DNA of 5,011 nucleotides from a virus, in the IMG/VR virus record IMGVR_UViG_3300045988_001808, positions 1 through 5,011 of that record. One strand, given 5' to 3'. Under the pieces are notes generated by a model. The model searched no databases and was not told the origin of the DNA. It saw only the letters and a list, made by a program, of their open reading frames with translations. Numbering within the stretch: the stretch's first letter is position 1; each line of letters begins with the position of its first letter. Positions 4,749 to 5,011 of this stretch are shown here, piece by piece. The translations under genes and the position numbers were made by a program.

Positions 4749-4760
4749 TCACCTCCTTTC
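4749..4760 (-). promoter_or_regulatory. Extended Shine-Dalgarno site for VP3.
   Basis: The sense strand reads GAAAGGAGGTGA, then aact, then ATG (4744). The plus strand at 4749..4760 reads TCACCTCCTTTC, the same string as the ...CACCUCCUUUC type of 16S rRNA 3' tail. Confidence 0.85.
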
Positions 4761-4792
4761 GCAGGCGCCTAGACGCGGCGGGCGTGGCGTAC

Positions 4793-4827
4793 AAAAAAAG
4801 GGCGATCTCTATGAGATCGTCCTTTTT
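4793..4827 (-). terminator. Rho-independent terminator, bidirectional in form. It is the only canonical one in the genome and lies between VP5 and VP3.
   Basis: Sense-strand RNA: AAAAA GGACGAUCUC aua GAGAUCGCCC UUUUUUU. The stem is 10 positions with one A.C mismatch (7 contiguous bp plus 2 GC pairs), followed by U7. On the plus strand the same stem has a G.U pair instead and is followed by U5. Confidence 0.8.
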
Positions 4828-4844
4828 CTGATACGCTCTTTATC

Positions 4845-4873
4845 AGGTTATCATTTAGTAGAATCATTGTCAA
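4845..4873 (-). promoter_or_regulatory. Candidate third sigma70-type promoter with extended -10, overlapping the 3' end and stop codon of VP5.
   Basis: The minus strand reads TTGACA (4873..4868), 14 nt, TGA (4853..4851, which is also the VP5 stop), TAACCT (4850..4845). The -10 is weak (TAnnnT only), but the -35, spacing and TGn are identical in layout to the other two promoters. The predicted +1 is near 4838. Confidence 0.4.
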
Positions 4874-5011
4874 CAGGCTGCACATATTCTATGGCGCGAC
4901 CAACCATGACAGGAATGTGGGACTCGTCACTATTCTCAACGTAATAGCGACCGTCACCGTCACCAAGATTGCCGACATAATACAAAGTAAAATCTTCAGG
5001 ATATTTTTTAA
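4851..5011 (-). CDS. VP5: VP5-like protein, 3' part (continuation of the 185..1 segment; 4957..5011 duplicates 1..55).
   Basis: The reading frame is continuous across the junction (...GNLGDG/DGRYYVENSDESHIPVMVGRAIEYVQPVDNDSTK), with stop TGA at 4853..4851. Confidence 0.7.
   Translation of the reverse strand, partial: KKYPEDFTLYYVGNLGDGDGRYYVENSDESHIPVMVGRAIEYVQPVDNDSTK
4957..5011. repeat. Direct terminal repeat, copy 2 of 2 (identical to 1..55).
   Basis: See copy 1. De Bruijn-graph assemblers typically leave an overlap of one k-mer length on circular contigs, and 55 is a common k. Confidence 0.95.

Noticed and set aside
4951-4964. Tandem hexanucleotide ccgtca-ccgtca-cc at the contig junction
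   Set aside because: It encodes the GDGDG stretch of VP5 (ggt gac ggt gac ggt) and is only about 2.3 copies. Its position at the junction could in principle allow a copy-number assembly ambiguity, but nothing suggests a functional repeat.
1-5011. Search for tRNA, rRNA, CRISPR arrays, integrase or transposase, toxin-antitoxin or defence systems
   Set aside because: I found no cloverleaf-like or repeat-spacer structures and no ORFs with the relevant motifs. The genome is fully accounted for by seven same-strand genes plus 428 nt of regulatory or structured spacer.

Overview
The window is a complete, circularly permuted Microviridae genome of gokushovirus type. The first 55 nt (1..55) are repeated exactly at 4957..5011, so the unit genome is 4,956 nt and the repeat looks like a circular-contig overlap. 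All genes are on the window's minus strand, so the window is the reverse complement of the mRNA-sense, packaged strand. Gene order in the sense direction is VP3 scaffold (4744..4262), VP1 major capsid (4137..2473), VP2 pilot/minor capsid (2458..1730), a 79-aa membrane-type ORF (1724..1485), VP4 HUH rolling-circle Rep (1335..424), a 79-aa orphan ORF (393..154), and a 96-aa VP5-like ORF that runs off the left end (185..1) and finishes at the right end (4956..4851). The VP5-like ORF is missing from the supplied ORF track for that reason. About 91% of the unit genome is coding by my coordinates.

Calls rest on motifs read directly from the translations, remembered family signatures, Shine-Dalgarno (SD) sites, and a shared NNT (T-ending) codon bias. 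No database search was possible.

The most interesting items:
- TTGACA occurs exactly three times on the sense strand. Each copy is followed by N14-TGn-TAnnnT, an extended -10 promoter architecture.
- One of these promoters fires about 16 nt upstream of the only intrinsic terminator, directly ahead of the structural genes.
- VP1 appears to start at TTG.
- Two well-supported small ORFs have no recognisable function. One is a possible lysis or membrane protein.
- Two strong hairpins fill the VP3-VP1 intergenic region and are not sense-strand terminators.

Every remaining ORF in the track falls into one of two frames (codon-aligned antisense, or +1 sense), and the NNT codon bias explains both. 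I found no tRNA, rRNA, CRISPR array, integrase or transposase.
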